Below are positions 62,806 through 64,000 of a stretch of 64,000 nucleotides of DNA, in pieces. Origin of the DNA: Stigmatella aurantiaca DW4/3-1 (GTDB lineage Bacteria > Myxococcota > Myxococcia > Myxococcales > Myxococcaceae); contig NC_014623.1 in the NCBI RefSeq assembly GCF_000165485.1, forward strand, positions 4,914,893-4,978,892, given 5' to 3'. Positions within the stretch are counted from its first letter, which is position 1. Each line of letters begins with the position of its first letter. Made by a program: the position numbers and the translations under genes. The notes beneath the pieces were generated by a model. That model was not told the origin of the DNA. It saw nothing but the letters and a program-made list of their open reading frames with translations, and did no database searches.

Positions 62806-64000
62806 ACGAGGAACCTTCGGAGGCCGGCGAAGAAGCTCAGGCGGTCAGGGTCCAGGTGTTCGCCGCAGCAGGCTCCGAGGAACGCTTCCGCCCACCGCTC
62901 CCCCAGGTTGTGCTGCACGGACCAGTGGGCCAGGGCGAGATCCCAGTACCGGTCTCCGCTGCCCACGCCCGAGAGATCCAGGCATCCCGTGAACGCCCCG
63001 TGAGAATCCACCCGGAAGTTGGGCAAGCACGGATCTCCATGGAGCAGCACGCGCGGCCCCTCGGCGAGGGCCTGTGCGGCACGTTCGAGGCGGTCGAGTT
63101 CCCGGGCAAGCGCCTCGGGACCTTCCAGGGGCGGGCCGTACTTGGCGGTGAAGTTGCGAGAGGGGACCTCGCCCCGGTTCAAGCGCTCCCGGGCTCGCCG
63201 CAGCAGCACCGGGATGGCGTAATCGGTCATGCCTCCTGGGGGCGGTGCCCTGTGGAATGTTCGCAATGCCTCGGCCAGGTTGTGCACGAGCCTTGCCCGT
63301 TCTGGGTCATGGGTGCACGCCTGTGCGGCCTGCTTGGCGGAAGTTCCTGAGAGTTCCTCGGTGAGGAGGGCCTGCACGTCTTCTCCAAGCGTGAAGAGGC
63401 CCCGGAGCACGGGGACCTGAAGCGCCAGTTGCCGCGCGCTCTCGGAGGAGAGGAAGGTGGCCTCGGCTTTCAGGGGGGCTCCCCAGGGCGGGGCCAGCTT
63501 GAGGTAGAGGGCCGCTCCGGAAGGGGGCTGGTAGCGGAACACCAGCGAGTCCAGGTGGGACGAATGGTTCACCCCATCCGTGGAGGCGTCCCTCAGGAGC
63601 TCGGCCAGGGGGGCGGGGAACAGGGGCGTGGCTTCCTCGAGGAGCCGTCGAGAGAGTGAATGGAGGATGGCCCGCGTCACCGCTTCGGGCGAACCGCTGC
63701 CATCCACTTCCACGGCGACGCCTCGTTTGGCGTAGTGCTCCAGGAGCGGATGCGTGTCCTGCTCCCAGTCCACCATGCGGGCCTTCACGGACTCAGGGGC
63801 ATCCTCGGGGCGCCGGGTGACGGCGCTCTCGGAACCGGGAGGCACATGCCGTGAGTGGAACGGCTGTCCCGTGGCGGGATCCAGGGTGCGGCCCTGCAAG
63901 CGCTCCGCCCGTGTGGCGTCGTCCACCTTCAGGTGCACGGCGGCCAGCACCTCCCAGCGGTTCCCCTCGAGGAAGTTGGACTGGGACCGCATCCGGGGAA
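62802..64000 (-). CDS. Kinase fusion: adenylate/nucleoside-monophosphate-kinase-like C-terminal portion + APH/choline-kinase-like phosphotransferase domain (5' end beyond window)
   Basis: N-part '...VDDATRAERLQGR...RPEDAPESVKARMVDWEQDTHPLLEHYAKRGVAVEVDGSGSPEAV' resembles the adenylate-kinase LID/C-terminal region. C-part 'VLLHGDPCLPNF...GCLDLSGVGSGDRYWDLA' is the APH-family HGD...N / D.G..D motif. Confidence 0.6.
   Translation of the reverse strand, partial: PRMRSQSNFLEGNRWEVLAAVHLKVDDATRAERLQGRTLDPATGQPFHSRHVPPGSESAVTRRPEDAPESVKARMVDWEQDTHPLLEHYAKRGVAVEVDGSGSPEAVTRAILHSLSRRLLEEATPLFPAPLAELLRDASTDGVNHSSHLDSLVFRYQPPSGAALYLKLAPPWGAPLKAEATFLSSESARQLALQVPVLRGLFTLGEDVQALLTEELSGTSAKQAAQACTHDPERARLVHNLAEALRTFHRAPPPGGMTDYAIPVLLRRARERLNRGEVPSRNFTAKYGPPLEGPEALARELDRLERAAQALAEGPRVLLHGDPCLPNFRVDSHGAFTGCLDLSGVGSGDRYWDLALAHWSVQHNLGERWAEAFLGACCGEHLDPDRLSFFAGLRRFLV

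Overview
High-GC (~68-70%) chromosomal segment of a myxobacterium. Supporting evidence: an EncA/EncB encapsulin pair whose N-termini match what I recall for Myxococcus xanthus EncA/EncB, a sigma-54 (NtrC-like) activator, a FIST-histidine-kinase pair, many lipoproteins, and an Oar-like TonB-dependent receptor. Gene density is high and both strands are used; most very long high-GC ORFs in the six-frame track are antisense artefacts of real genes. Housekeeping content: rlmN, the rpsP-KH-rimM-trmD-rplS operon, yraN-rsmI, murJ, an S1-domain RNA-binding protein, two tandem initiator tRNA-fMet genes and ppk1. Accessory content: (i) a LysR/ABM/amidohydrolase/isochorismatase cluster; (ii) encapsulin shell plus ferritin-like cargo; (iii) a bacterial type IB topoisomerase; (iv) an NfeD(YqiJ)-flotillin(YqiK) operon followed immediately by a 1833-aa protein with a single classic AAA+ module, an NTase-fold protein and a small beta-rich protein, which I flag as the best candidate for an undescribed system; (v) a FIST sensor translationally coupled to a histidine kinase, next to a UPF0303/GlcG-like gene; (vi) a PhoX-type phosphatase with a collagen-like N-terminus plus a protein carrying two CxxCH motifs; (vii) a lipoprotein gene broken into at least four reading-frame segments (pseudogene or sequence errors); (viii) an about 5.4 kb tyrosine-recombinase island inserted into the 5' part of an MHS-family MFS transporter gene, itself hit by a 2.58 kb IS66-family element with recognisable terminal inverted repeats; (ix) a kinase/APH-fusion, Gfo/Idh/MocA oxidoreductase and (disrupted) MHS transporter operon at the window end. 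No CRISPR array or rRNA was seen. Start coordinates come from ORF-track arithmetic plus local reading and may be off by a codon or by an alternative GTG/TTG start.
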